Both the position numbers and the translations under genes were made by a program. 36,759 nt of DNA, taken from NCBI GenBank assembly GCA_041749155.1, contig JBGTBZ010000111.1, positions 1 to 36,759 on the forward strand, read 5' to 3'. Below, one piece after another: positions 6,786 to 14,804 of this stretch (position 1 is the stretch's first letter; the number at the start of each line of letters is the position of its first letter). The DNA comes from Phycisphaerae bacterium (GTDB lineage: Bacteria > Planctomycetota > Phycisphaerae > Tepidisphaerales > Tepidisphaeraceae). The notes below the pieces were generated by a model, which worked only from the letters and a program-made list of their open reading frames with translations, was not told the origin of the DNA and made no database searches.

Positions 6786-8197
6786 TCGTCGTCACCTGCT
6801 GCGCCGCCGGCGCGCTTGTCGAGTTCGGTTACCACCCACGATCGCAGCGCTGCGACCGCAGCCTCGTCCCACCAACCTGCATTCACCGCAGTCACATCCG
6901 CTTTTGCCAATGCTATCAGCATGTCCATGTCGCGTGAGTCGGTGACCACATCCAACAGTTGGTCCCGATCCCGACCCCGCCCAATGATGTCGCCGACGAG
7001 GTCGTGGTAGCAGACCAGCATGACCAGGACTCGCGCCGACCGCGGCCTCATTGTACCGACGTTGTCTCTGAGGTACTGAGCGACCGCCTCCGCCCCGGTG
7101 ACAGGGTGATCCAGATCAGCCTTTTGACGATACCCGTTGTCCTTCCACCGCTCCTTCGGCCCCTTCCCCACGTCGTGGAAGTACGCGGCGATCTCACACA
7201 ATAGCTTGTCGGTGTCGTTGAGCGCCCGATACTTCGCGACGGCGAGCAGGTGCTGCACGACGCGCTGCGTATGCTGACCCACGTCCTCCTTGTGCATGAC
7301 GTTGTCAGACTTCAGCCCGAAGAGTTCGCCCACGAGCGGGACGGACGCCGGATTGTCACGGAGGCGATCGCGAAGCCGAAAGAGATTCTTGAAGCGCGGT
7401 GCGGCGGCTTGGCCAATGTGATCGGCCAGGCCGCGGTAGCTTGCGTCGTAGCGCGCCAGGGTGAAACCGGGACCCGTAACGAGCGACTCATTGGGGGCCT
7501 GTGGGTATTTAGTCAAGTAGTGTCGCCCACTGAACTGGACGGTCGGAGCCGGCAACCCTGCTTCCCGATACCTCCGCAGAACTTGATCTCGGAAGTGGTC
7601 GTTCCAGACAATAATGTGGGAGATGCGGTCGACGGGCAGATGTCGGTGGATCAAGACCTCTGCCTGCCGCGCCTGCTTTTCTGCGTCCGAGGGCATGGAC
7701 CACTTCAGGCTGTCAATCGCTTGCCAGTTGAGCCTGGCGAGATCGGCGGGATCTGAATAGAACCTCGGAGGCGGATCGGTGTTAGCGGAGGCGGATGTGA
7801 ACACCACATCATCCCGCTCAACGATCTCGATCGGAACCGCGAAGTAGATCAATTCCTGTTGGTCGACATTCTTCGCCCGGACGACGGCCATGAGCATCGA
7901 CGAGCGCTTACAGAAGTAGAATGGCACGTAATCGTGGACGACCCCGCCCGGCGCGCAGGTCACGGGCATCGTGGACCGGCGATGCTGAATAGACTGCTCG
8001 GCGATCGACCGGTGCCGAATGCGCCGGTCCTGCTGCAAGTGGCAGCACAGGAGGCCGTGCTGCAGGACACTTGGCAGGTTCTCCAAATGGCAGAAATGGT
8101 AGGCGTAACGGCCCCGATATTGCGCTGGAACTGGCATCGGTAAACTGCTGTGGAATAAAGCCTTGCAGCGAACTACGCCGGGCTGCGGACTCCCCAT
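6782..8197 (-). CDS. darT: DarT (DUF4433) DNA ADP-ribosyltransferase fused to a C-terminal HD phosphohydrolase domain
   Basis: YHFCHLENLPSVLQHGLL, GGVVHDYVPFYFCKRSSML and QAEVLIHRHLPVDRISHIIV are DarT hallmarks, including the catalytic Glu context. The C-terminal half has H...HD...D motifs (HTQRVVQHL, AAYFHDVGKG, LDHPVTGAE, VCYHDLVGD, LAKADV). The stop overlaps the darG-like start (ATGA). Confidence 0.85.
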   Translation of the reverse strand: MGSPQPGVVRCKALFHSSLPMPVPAQYRGRYAYHFCHLENLPSVLQHGLLCCHLQQDRRIRHRSIAEQSIQHRRSTMPVTCAPGGVVHDYVPFYFCKRSSMLMAVVRAKNVDQQELIYFAVPIEIVERDDVVFTSASANTDPPPRFYSDPADLARLNWQAIDSLKWSMPSDAEKQARQAEVLIHRHLPVDRISHIIVWNDHFRDQVLRRYREAGLPAPTVQFSGRHYLTKYPQAPNESLVTGPGFTLARYDASYRGLADHIGQAAAPRFKNLFRLRDRLRDNPASVPLVGELFGLKSDNVMHKEDVGQHTQRVVQHLLAVAKYRALNDTDKLLCEIAAYFHDVGKGPKERWKDNGYRQKADLDHPVTGAEAVAQYLRDNVGTMRPRSARVLVMLVCYHDLVGDIIGRGRDRDQLLDVVTDSRDMDMLIALAKADVTAVNAGWWDEAAVAALRSWVVTELDKRAGGAAGDDE

Positions 8198-8726
8198 TTT
8201 ATGGGCGGTGCAGCTCCCCGTTCAAGGCGTTCACTTCCATCACGGGCAGACAGTGCCGGCCTAGTCTCCTTGCTGAAGGAGGGGATCAACGATGGCTTCC
8301 TTACCCCCTTTCCGCGTAAAGGAGATAGCAGCACGCCACTTCACCGGAGAAACATCTGTGCCGGGAACCATCGCCAGCCCCTGGCCACCTAGACGCGCTC
8401 CGGGTCTCATCCAGGCCCCACGAGCACAGTCACCACCCAGGCGTACCGCTGCGCCACGTCGGCCCGGTCCCTGCTCTGCAGGCAACGCCTGGCTCTGCTC
8501 CAGGATGATCCGCGCTTGGCCGGGCAGATGCTGGAAGGTTAAAACGCAATAGATGGATCTGGGTGACGATGACAGCTGCAACGTGGCGCCCGGCTCCCTG
8601 GGCGTCCGATTGTCTAGAGCCAGCACCTTGGGAGTACCAAAAGCTCCGGAAGCAGACGGTCTGTCGGGCTCTGCCGACATCGCCGCGTGTCGGCGGGATC
8701 GCGTGTCGATCGGTTGCTCAAGCTGC

Positions 8727-9371
8727 TCACGAGGCTGAGGAATCTGATGCTGGCACCCTCGAGCGTCCAAGCAGATCCACGAGATCCTGTGGGCGATCGA
8801 TATCTCGCCAGCGTCGAGCGATCGCAACCGGGAGGGCAGTCGCCGCGGCGTTCCGAACGACCTGAGACATCTCCCGGCCGCTGGACCAGTCGACCCGGTT
8901 GAGAACCGGTTCGAGGTCGAGTCCGGCGGCAACGCCCAGACACCAGAAGCCACCGTCGTCCGTCGGTCCCAGCACCACACCGGTTCCGGACCGCAGAAGC
9001 TCCAGGGCACTCTCGATGTGGCCTCGCGGAAGATCGGGGGTGTCGCACCCGATGAACATCGTCGAACTGCTCTTTCCGACGTCGCTGTAGGCGGCTATGA
9101 GCCGCGAGCCCAGATCGCCCGCCGCTTGGGGGGCGACCTCAACGTCGCCGTAATGCGCGGATGCTTCCCCCGTCGCTTCGGGAGGGTCTACGCAAAGCAC
9201 AAGGCGCCCGACAGGGTTCGGCCGAAGCGGCCTGAGTCGACTAAGCGTTTCGTGCACGAAGGCGTCGTGGAGCGCCGCCGCCTGCTCAAAGCTGAGCGGC
9301 GGGACCAGCCGCGTCTTAACGCGGCCGGGAACTGGCATCTTGCCCATGACGATGACGCAGGGATTCGACAT
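8727..9371 (-). CDS. DUF2064/TIGR04282-type glycosyltransferase (rSAM/arsenosugar-associated transferase 1)
   Basis: VIVMGKMPVPGRVKTRLVPPLSFEQAAALHDAF ... IGCDTPDL ... LGPTDDGGFWCLG is the DUF2064 pattern. Confidence 0.7.
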   Translation of the reverse strand: MSNPCVIVMGKMPVPGRVKTRLVPPLSFEQAAALHDAFVHETLSRLRPLRPNPVGRLVLCVDPPEATGEASAHYGDVEVAPQAAGDLGSRLIAAYSDVGKSSSTMFIGCDTPDLPRGHIESALELLRSGTGVVLGPTDDGGFWCLGVAAGLDLEPVLNRVDWSSGREMSQVVRNAAATALPVAIARRWRDIDRPQDLVDLLGRSRVPASDSSAS

Positions 9372-9384
9372 CAGCTTGCAACCT

Positions 9385-10965
9385 TCACCTACGTCGCCAG
9401 CTAAGGAATCGGGTGAATAGGCGCTTCATCCAGGGCCTCAGGCGCGTCCTCTGGTAATCGTCAGCCACCTTGCGGAACACCTCCGCCTGCGTCGGGTAGG
9501 GATGGATGGTCCGGCCCAGCGTCTTGAGCCCGGCGCCGGCGACCATGGCCAGCGTAATTTCCGAGATCATCTCTCCGGCATGGCGGGCGACAAGCGTGGC
9601 GCCGAGGATGGTGTCGCCGCCATTCCTAACGTGCACCTTCAAAAGACCCTCTTCCTCGCCATCAAGCATGGGTCGATCGACCTCCGACAGCGGTTTCGCG
9701 AACGTTCTGACGTCGATGCCCCGCTGCCGCGCCTCATGCTCGGTCAGGCCCACGTGGGCGATCTCAGGGTCGGTGTACGTGCACCACGGAACGGTCAGAG
9801 CGCTCGCCTTCGCTCGCCCGAAGAACAAAGCGTTCTGGATCACGATACGGGCGAGCGCGTCAGCCGTGTGTGTGAACTTGTACTTGAAGCAGACGTCGCC
9901 GGCGGCGTAAATTTGCGGGTTGCTCGTGCGAAGGTAATCGTTCACAGTCACGCCGTGGCGGTCGTGCGCGACGCCGGCCCTGCCCAAGTCAAGCTCCTCG
10001 ACATTCGGCGTGCGACCCGCGGCGACGAGAATCTCGTCCACCTCGATCTGCTGATGCTCTCCGTCGCATTGCAGGGCAATAATCTTCGTTCCGTTGCCGT
10101 GGCTGACCTGCGCTGCCTTGCCGCCGCAGATGATGCGGACATCATCGCGGCTAAGCGCCCGCCGCACGATATCGGCGGCGTCGGGATTTTCCTTGCTCAG
10201 GATCTGCTTCTCCGATTCGATGAGCGTGACCTTTGAACCAAGGCGGGCGAATGCCTGCGCCATTTCGCAGCCGACGGGCCCCGCGCCGAGGACCGCCAGC
10301 CGCGGCGGAAGTTCCACGAGCGAGAAGACGGTCTCGTTGGTCAGGTACCCGGACTCCTCAAGGCCCGGCACTGGCGGCGCCGCGGGACGGCCGCCGGTCG
10401 CGATGCAGGCCCGGGCGAACTCGAGCCGAGCTCCCCGGACCTCGACGGCATCACGCGACACGAAGCGAGCCTTGCCGATGAACACGTCCACGCCCAGCTC
10501 CCGGAACCGAGCCGCCGAGTCGTGGTGACTGATCTTTGCGCGCAGTCTCCGCATGCGCCTCATGACGCCGGGGAAGTCCACCGTGACCCCGCCGTCGATC
10601 CGGACGCCGAAGCGCGACGCAGCGCGAACGTCAGCCGCAGCCCTCGCACAGCGGATCAGCGCCTTGCTCGGCACGCAACCGACGTTCAGGCAATCGCCGC
10701 CCATCAGCCGCGACTCGACAAGCGCCACCTTCGCGCCCAAGCCCGCGGCTCCGGCGGCCGTGACCAGACCCGCGGTGCCGCCACCGATCACCACCAGGTT
10801 GTACCGCCCCGTCGGCCTCGGATTCTCCCACTGGAGCGGATGGGTGTTCTGCTGTAGCAGTCGGTTGTAGGTGTCGAACGGCCGCAGCGCCTGCAACTCG
10901 CCGGTCAGGTCAAGCTCCGGATCGGTTTCCTCATCGAGGCAGGGGGTAGGGGTTTCCATGATCAA
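9385..10965 (-). CDS. Class I pyridine nucleotide-disulfide oxidoreductase (mercuric reductase/dihydrolipoamide dehydrogenase-like, no C-terminal Cys pair)
   Basis: FAD motif VVIGGGTAGL, redox disulfide GGDCLNVGCVPSK, NAD motif LGAGPVGCE and a dimerisation-domain HPYPT motif. A paralog is at 36457..36759. Confidence 0.85.
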   Translation of the reverse strand: MIMETPTPCLDEETDPELDLTGELQALRPFDTYNRLLQQNTHPLQWENPRPTGRYNLVVIGGGTAGLVTAAGAAGLGAKVALVESRLMGGDCLNVGCVPSKALIRCARAAADVRAASRFGVRIDGGVTVDFPGVMRRMRRLRAKISHHDSAARFRELGVDVFIGKARFVSRDAVEVRGARLEFARACIATGGRPAAPPVPGLEESGYLTNETVFSLVELPPRLAVLGAGPVGCEMAQAFARLGSKVTLIESEKQILSKENPDAADIVRRALSRDDVRIICGGKAAQVSHGNGTKIIALQCDGEHQQIEVDEILVAAGRTPNVEELDLGRAGVAHDRHGVTVNDYLRTSNPQIYAAGDVCFKYKFTHTADALARIVIQNALFFGRAKASALTVPWCTYTDPEIAHVGLTEHEARQRGIDVRTFAKPLSEVDRPMLDGEEEGLLKVHVRNGGDTILGATLVARHAGEMISEITLAMVAGAGLKTLGRTIHPYPTQAEVFRKVADDYQRTRLRPWMKRLFTRFLSWRRR

Positions 10966-11008
10966 ATCACCTGACTGCGAACTTGAGAGAATCAGTGCAC
11001 TGCGAGTC

Positions 11009-12631
11009 TCAGTTTTCCGCCGGCGGCACGTTCGCGGCGCTGTTGAGCGACCAGTCGTAGTCCAGGAACGTGACGTCCGGCTTCTGGCCGGATTCCAGGG
11101 CCGTCTTCAAGTCAGGGTTGTAACGCGCGGCGTAGGCCAGCACTGAACCGGCAACCTGCTCGAAATCACCGCCATACCAGCGGTAAAGGCTCGTCAGCCA
11201 CACCCGGTCGCGATCGGGGTCGTAGCGGAACCAGCGCGGATGCTCGTGAACGTAGCGCGCCTGCTCCTCGAGCTGTTCCTCCAGCCGCACGGCGGAATAC
11301 GCATTCCGCCGAAGCGGCGGACAGCCCACGGCGGCGCAGACGAGCGCGAAGTGAATCCGCGGCTCCCGGAAGTTCGGTCGAATCTGCTTGTGCTCGATGT
11401 CGTCCAGGCTCCAGGTGTGGCCACCGACCTTCCATCGCCGGTCCTTCCATCGCCGGCCGGCCGGGATATCCTTGATCTCCTCGAGGGGGTAGTGTTCAAG
11501 GATCAGCTCCAGGGTAAAGGCGTTGTAGGCGTTGATGAGCAGCGCGAGCCTCTCGTCGCGGCTCATCTCGTCCATGGGCGCATCGGCGAGTGAACCGATA
11601 TATCGCTGGAGCTGCTCGCGTTGTTGCGCAAGGGCCTCGTAGTCCACACCGCCGCGCTCGTTCACGTGGCGGGCGAGAAGCTCATCCAGCAGTGAATGGT
11701 CGAACCCGGGCCCGTCCGACTCGGACGCCTCGTACGTCTCCCGCAGCTCCACCTCCGGCGCGGCCCCAAACAGTCTGCCGAGGATCTTTCTCGATGTTTC
11801 CGGCCTCAGTTGGGCGCAGCCGGCGGCGGCAACGAGGAGCAGGGCGACTCCGCAGAGTGCGGCGGTGCCCCAGGGGAACCCGCGGATGGCAACTGCGGTC
11901 TCGGGCGTTTCTGGCGACGGCTCACTTTCGGGCGGAAGTACTTTCTGTTCGCGCAGCTTCCGCCGTGCAAGGATCGTGACGTATATGGAAACGGCGATGG
12001 TGGCGAGCAGGCCTGCACCAAGCAGCATCCACTCGATCCACGACCGCTCCCGGCCGCCGGCCAGGGCGGTGCCCGTGACGTGGCCGATGTAGACGTACAT
12101 GACCGTTCCCGGGAGCATGGCGATCCAACTTGCCAGCACGTACCGCCCGAAACCAACGGGCGTCAGGCCATAGAGGTAGTTCTGGAGATTGAACGGCACG
12201 ACTGGCGAGAGGCGCAACAGGGCGACAATCCTCCAGCCGCCTTCACCGATTGCGGCGTCGATCGCCGCCAGCCTCGGCCGGCGGCGGACCAGGTCGGCAA
12301 CCTGCCGGCGCGCCAAATAACGGGCGATCAGGAAAGCCGCCGCCGCGCCGAGGGTGGAGCCGAGGGAGACGAGAATCGTGCCGAGGAGAATGCCGAATAT
12401 GGCGCCGGCCGCGACCGTGAGCACGATGCCTGGCACGAAGAGGACCGTGGCGAGAACGTAGAGGGCGACGAAGATGACTGGTCCGAAGTGCCCGAGGCCG
12501 CTGATCCACTCCTCCAGTGTCGCGGCCAGATCCTGCAGGGGAAGAAGACGCCCGAGGAGAATCAGAGCAGTCAGGATGAGTGCGACGGCCACCCACCTCG
12601 CAGCGAGAACCTGTCGTTGGGACAACTGCAT
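11009..12631 (-). CDS. TVP38/TMEM64 (DedA-like) membrane domain fused to a DUF547 domain
   Basis: The N-terminus has multi-TM SNARE_assoc-type motifs (FVPGIVLTVAAGAIFG ... RLSPVVPFNLQNYLYGLT). The C-terminus has LALLINAYNAFTLELI ... HFALVCAAVGCPPLR, typical of DUF547. Confidence 0.75.
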   Translation of the reverse strand: MQLSQRQVLAARWVAVALILTALILLGRLLPLQDLAATLEEWISGLGHFGPVIFVALYVLATVLFVPGIVLTVAAGAIFGILLGTILVSLGSTLGAAAAFLIARYLARRQVADLVRRRPRLAAIDAAIGEGGWRIVALLRLSPVVPFNLQNYLYGLTPVGFGRYVLASWIAMLPGTVMYVYIGHVTGTALAGGRERSWIEWMLLGAGLLATIAVSIYVTILARRKLREQKVLPPESEPSPETPETAVAIRGFPWGTAALCGVALLLVAAAGCAQLRPETSRKILGRLFGAAPEVELRETYEASESDGPGFDHSLLDELLARHVNERGGVDYEALAQQREQLQRYIGSLADAPMDEMSRDERLALLINAYNAFTLELILEHYPLEEIKDIPAGRRWKDRRWKVGGHTWSLDDIEHKQIRPNFREPRIHFALVCAAVGCPPLRRNAYSAVRLEEQLEEQARYVHEHPRWFRYDPDRDRVWLTSLYRWYGGDFEQVAGSVLAYAARYNPDLKTALESGQKPDVTFLDYDWSLNSAANVPPAEN

Positions 12632-12666
12632 CGCTGGAATCTGCAGGCAGGCTCCATGCTCGAGGT

Positions 12667-13689
12667 CTACTTCTTCGTCGATTCGTCGGCGGCCTTAGCG
12701 GGTGAACCGTAGATGTCCGTGTCGGGATGGAACGCCGCCCAGGTGAACCAGAAGGTGTGCACGACCTGCGCCTCCGGCGGCAATTCCAGGATTTCAACGC
12801 CCGATTTACTTGCCTTCAGCACGACCCGCTTGCCAGCGAGCTCGTCTGTTACCACCGCACCTTCTGCCTGTTGGATCCTAGCCAGCGGATATGCACGCGC
12901 ATGTGCGCCTATCTTGATCCCGACCACCGCCTCTTTCTTCGGCAGCCGATCGTCCTGACGCCGGACATGGAACATCAGCCGATCGGATGCGAAATAATCG
13001 GCGTACGGATTGCCGGAGTAGTTGCGTGTATGGCCTGTATCCAGCGTGACAACAGTGCCGTCCGGGTGCGCTTTGCGCCACTCCGCGAGCGTTTGCATGG
13101 CGAAGGGCAGGCTAGCGAGCGACCTGCCCGCATGAGGTCCACTGATCGCGCCGAGACCGACTTGCGACCAGAGCGCCTGGTCCGTCCGGTCGTAAAGCAG
13201 GACGTTCGAGTTGTGCAGCAGGCCGCTGATGCCGAACTCCAGTTTCTTTTCCTCGAGCCGGCGATCCCAGACGGTCGCGGAATCGCACAGCGGGCAATAG
13301 ACCACGGCGATGGGCGCTCCGCCGAGCGTGTCGTTAATCGCTTCGTGCCAGTTCAGGACCTTCAGGGGGTAGGCGCGCGACTCGCCTTTCACGGTGACAC
13401 CGATCACCCGATCCTCATCGAGCAGTCCCGTCGCTTCGTCCAATGGGGCGGTCTTGGGATCTACAAGGGCTGGGATCCCGTCCTTTGGTGGCCCGCCAGC
13501 CTGGATCTCTTCGCGCGGGACCTGCAGGTTCGAGAGGTCGAAGCCACGACCTTCCAGATCTGCCGCTTCAGGCCGCGCGGGAGGCTGTGGCATTGCCAGT
13601 ACCGCTTCCGGCCAGATCCGTGGCAGGACAAGGGCGGCAACGACGGCCAGCATGATCAATGCGACCACTGTCCGGATGGCGATGCGCAT
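12667..13689 (-). CDS. DUF3179 family protein (signal-anchored)
   Basis: DGIPALVDPK, ESRAYPLKVLNWHEAINDTLGG, VYCPLCDSATVWDRR and FGISGLLHNSNVLLYDR. The ATG at 13689 is preceded by GAGGA, so the 13752 start was rejected. Confidence 0.75.
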   Translation of the reverse strand: MRIAIRTVVALIMLAVVAALVLPRIWPEAVLAMPQPPARPEAADLEGRGFDLSNLQVPREEIQAGGPPKDGIPALVDPKTAPLDEATGLLDEDRVIGVTVKGESRAYPLKVLNWHEAINDTLGGAPIAVVYCPLCDSATVWDRRLEEKKLEFGISGLLHNSNVLLYDRTDQALWSQVGLGAISGPHAGRSLASLPFAMQTLAEWRKAHPDGTVVTLDTGHTRNYSGNPYADYFASDRLMFHVRRQDDRLPKKEAVVGIKIGAHARAYPLARIQQAEGAVVTDELAGKRVVLKASKSGVEILELPPEAQVVHTFWFTWAAFHPDTDIYGSPAKAADESTKK

Positions 13690-13762
13690 AGCATGATCCT
13701 CGGTGTTGCCGATATCGAAGGCCCTGGAGCACGCTGCCGCGTGACGATCCAACCCCTTCCCT

Positions 13763-14263
13763 TCAGCGACCCAGCGAACGCTCGATCTCGCGAGCCAGCT
13801 CTTCCTCGCTATGGGTCTTTGTCAGCCTCCCGAGCAACTGCTTTGTCTTTGGATCGATGAGCAGCATGAAACCCGTCTTCCGCTCGTTCTCCTGAAATTC
13901 GTCGCCGAAGCCGAGCAGGTTGGCCAGCAGTCGCGACTTGTACTTCGTCGTGTCATCCGTCATGTCGAACCGCGTAACCACGATCGGCTGATCATCGAAG
14001 CGCTTCATCACCGGCTCGGGGTTCGGCTCGAGCACCTTGCACGAAGCGCACCAGTCGGCGTAGAAAAGGATGCCGAGCACCTTCGGCACCGGCTCTTTCA
14101 GCTCGGACTTGCGGGTGTCGTCGCCGTCTTGAGCCCCGGAGCCCTGCTGAGCAAACCCCGTGGCGGACAGCAGTGCCATCGCCATCAGCGCAATGAGCAG
14201 GGGCCGGGCGACAGCCGTCGGCAATGGGCAATGTTGTGGCGTGGGCAGCGTGGTGGTTCGCAT
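13763..14263 (-). CDS. Secreted thioredoxin-fold protein (WCASC)
   Basis: Signal peptide plus FYADWCASCKVLEP CxxC in a thioredoxin-like context. Confidence 0.7.
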   Translation of the reverse strand: MRTTTLPTPQHCPLPTAVARPLLIALMAMALLSATGFAQQGSGAQDGDDTRKSELKEPVPKVLGILFYADWCASCKVLEPNPEPVMKRFDDQPIVVTRFDMTDDTTKYKSRLLANLLGFGDEFQENERKTGFMLLIDPKTKQLLGRLTKTHSEEELAREIERSLGR

Positions 14264-14301
14264 GGGCGCTCCGGTAAGGACCTGTCGATGTTTCTGCGAA
14301 A

Positions 14302-14331
14302 GGATGTGCCGCGCCCCGCCACCCTTATTCC
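14302..14331 (-). promoter_or_regulatory. Recurrent motif copy: GGAATAA-N15-GCACATCC, upstream of the thioredoxin-like gene
   Basis: The minus strand reads GGGAATAAGGGTGGCGGGGCGCGGCACATCCTTTCG, about 40 nt upstream of the ATG at 14263. Confidence 0.5.
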
Positions 14332-14795
14332 CCCGGGACTGGAGAAGCTCCCAGTGCGAAGGTCGGATGCAGCCGAAATTTATTCAAGCCAAAGCCCCGC
14401 AGCAGGAGGAGCTCGAGATCGTGCTGATTCGGAGGCAGCGACGGACCGATCCGGTTGGGGAGCAGGTCCAGCGACCGCGCGGCGTCGATTCCGTAGCCTC
14501 GATTCAACCTGCGGATGCCTCAATGCTCTCGCGGTAGACGTGACGCCCACGTTGTCTATCGACGTACTCTCCAGGTAACAGGCAGCGAAGCTACAAGTTG
14601 AACCTGATGGTCACGGTAAAACGCCGGCAGGTCCCCGTAGCCCTCGCGCAGGAGGATCGTGAGGTTTGTGCGAACCATTACCTCCAGCTCCTGCTGACGC
14701 GCGGCGGCGACGAATCGCCGCAAGTGCGGGGTCATCTCCGGGGCGCCCCCCGTGATATGGCCGACCTCAAAACGGAGAAAGAAGTTTATGCCTGG
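14325..14795 (-). pseudogene. arsS: Decayed internal fragment of a second arsS (radical SAM) copy
   Basis: My minus-strand translation gives ITGGAPEMTPHLRRFVAAARQQELEVMVRTNLTILLREGYGDLPAFYRDHQVQLVASLP / CYLE / VDRQRGRHVYRESIE / IRRLNRGYGIDAARSLDLLPNRIGPSLPPNQHDLE across at least 3 frames. This parallels ArsS residues ITGGAPEMHRHFRRF...LPPPQKQLE (19038..20042). The CxxxCxxC N-terminus and the Cys-rich C-terminus are absent. Confidence 0.7.
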
Positions 14796-14804
14796 CTATT
14801 GAGA

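Noticed and set aside
8261-9048. Overlapping ORFs of 144-249 aa across the 8198..8726 spacer and the glycosyltransferase gene
   Set aside because: They are Arg/Pro/Gly/Ser-rich with no motifs, and they overlap a well-supported gene out of frame. I treated them as GC-driven spurious ORFs. I briefly considered a DDE-transposase remnant (LALDNRT...) but the similarity is not convincing.
9502-13860. Long plus-strand ORFs (244, 338 and 377 aa) antisense to the flavoenzyme, TVP38-DUF547 and DUF3179 genes. A similar case is 24450..25874, antisense to merA.
   Set aside because: Each mirrors a strongly supported gene on the opposite strand, and their products are low-complexity Arg/Gly/Asp-rich. These are shadow ORFs.
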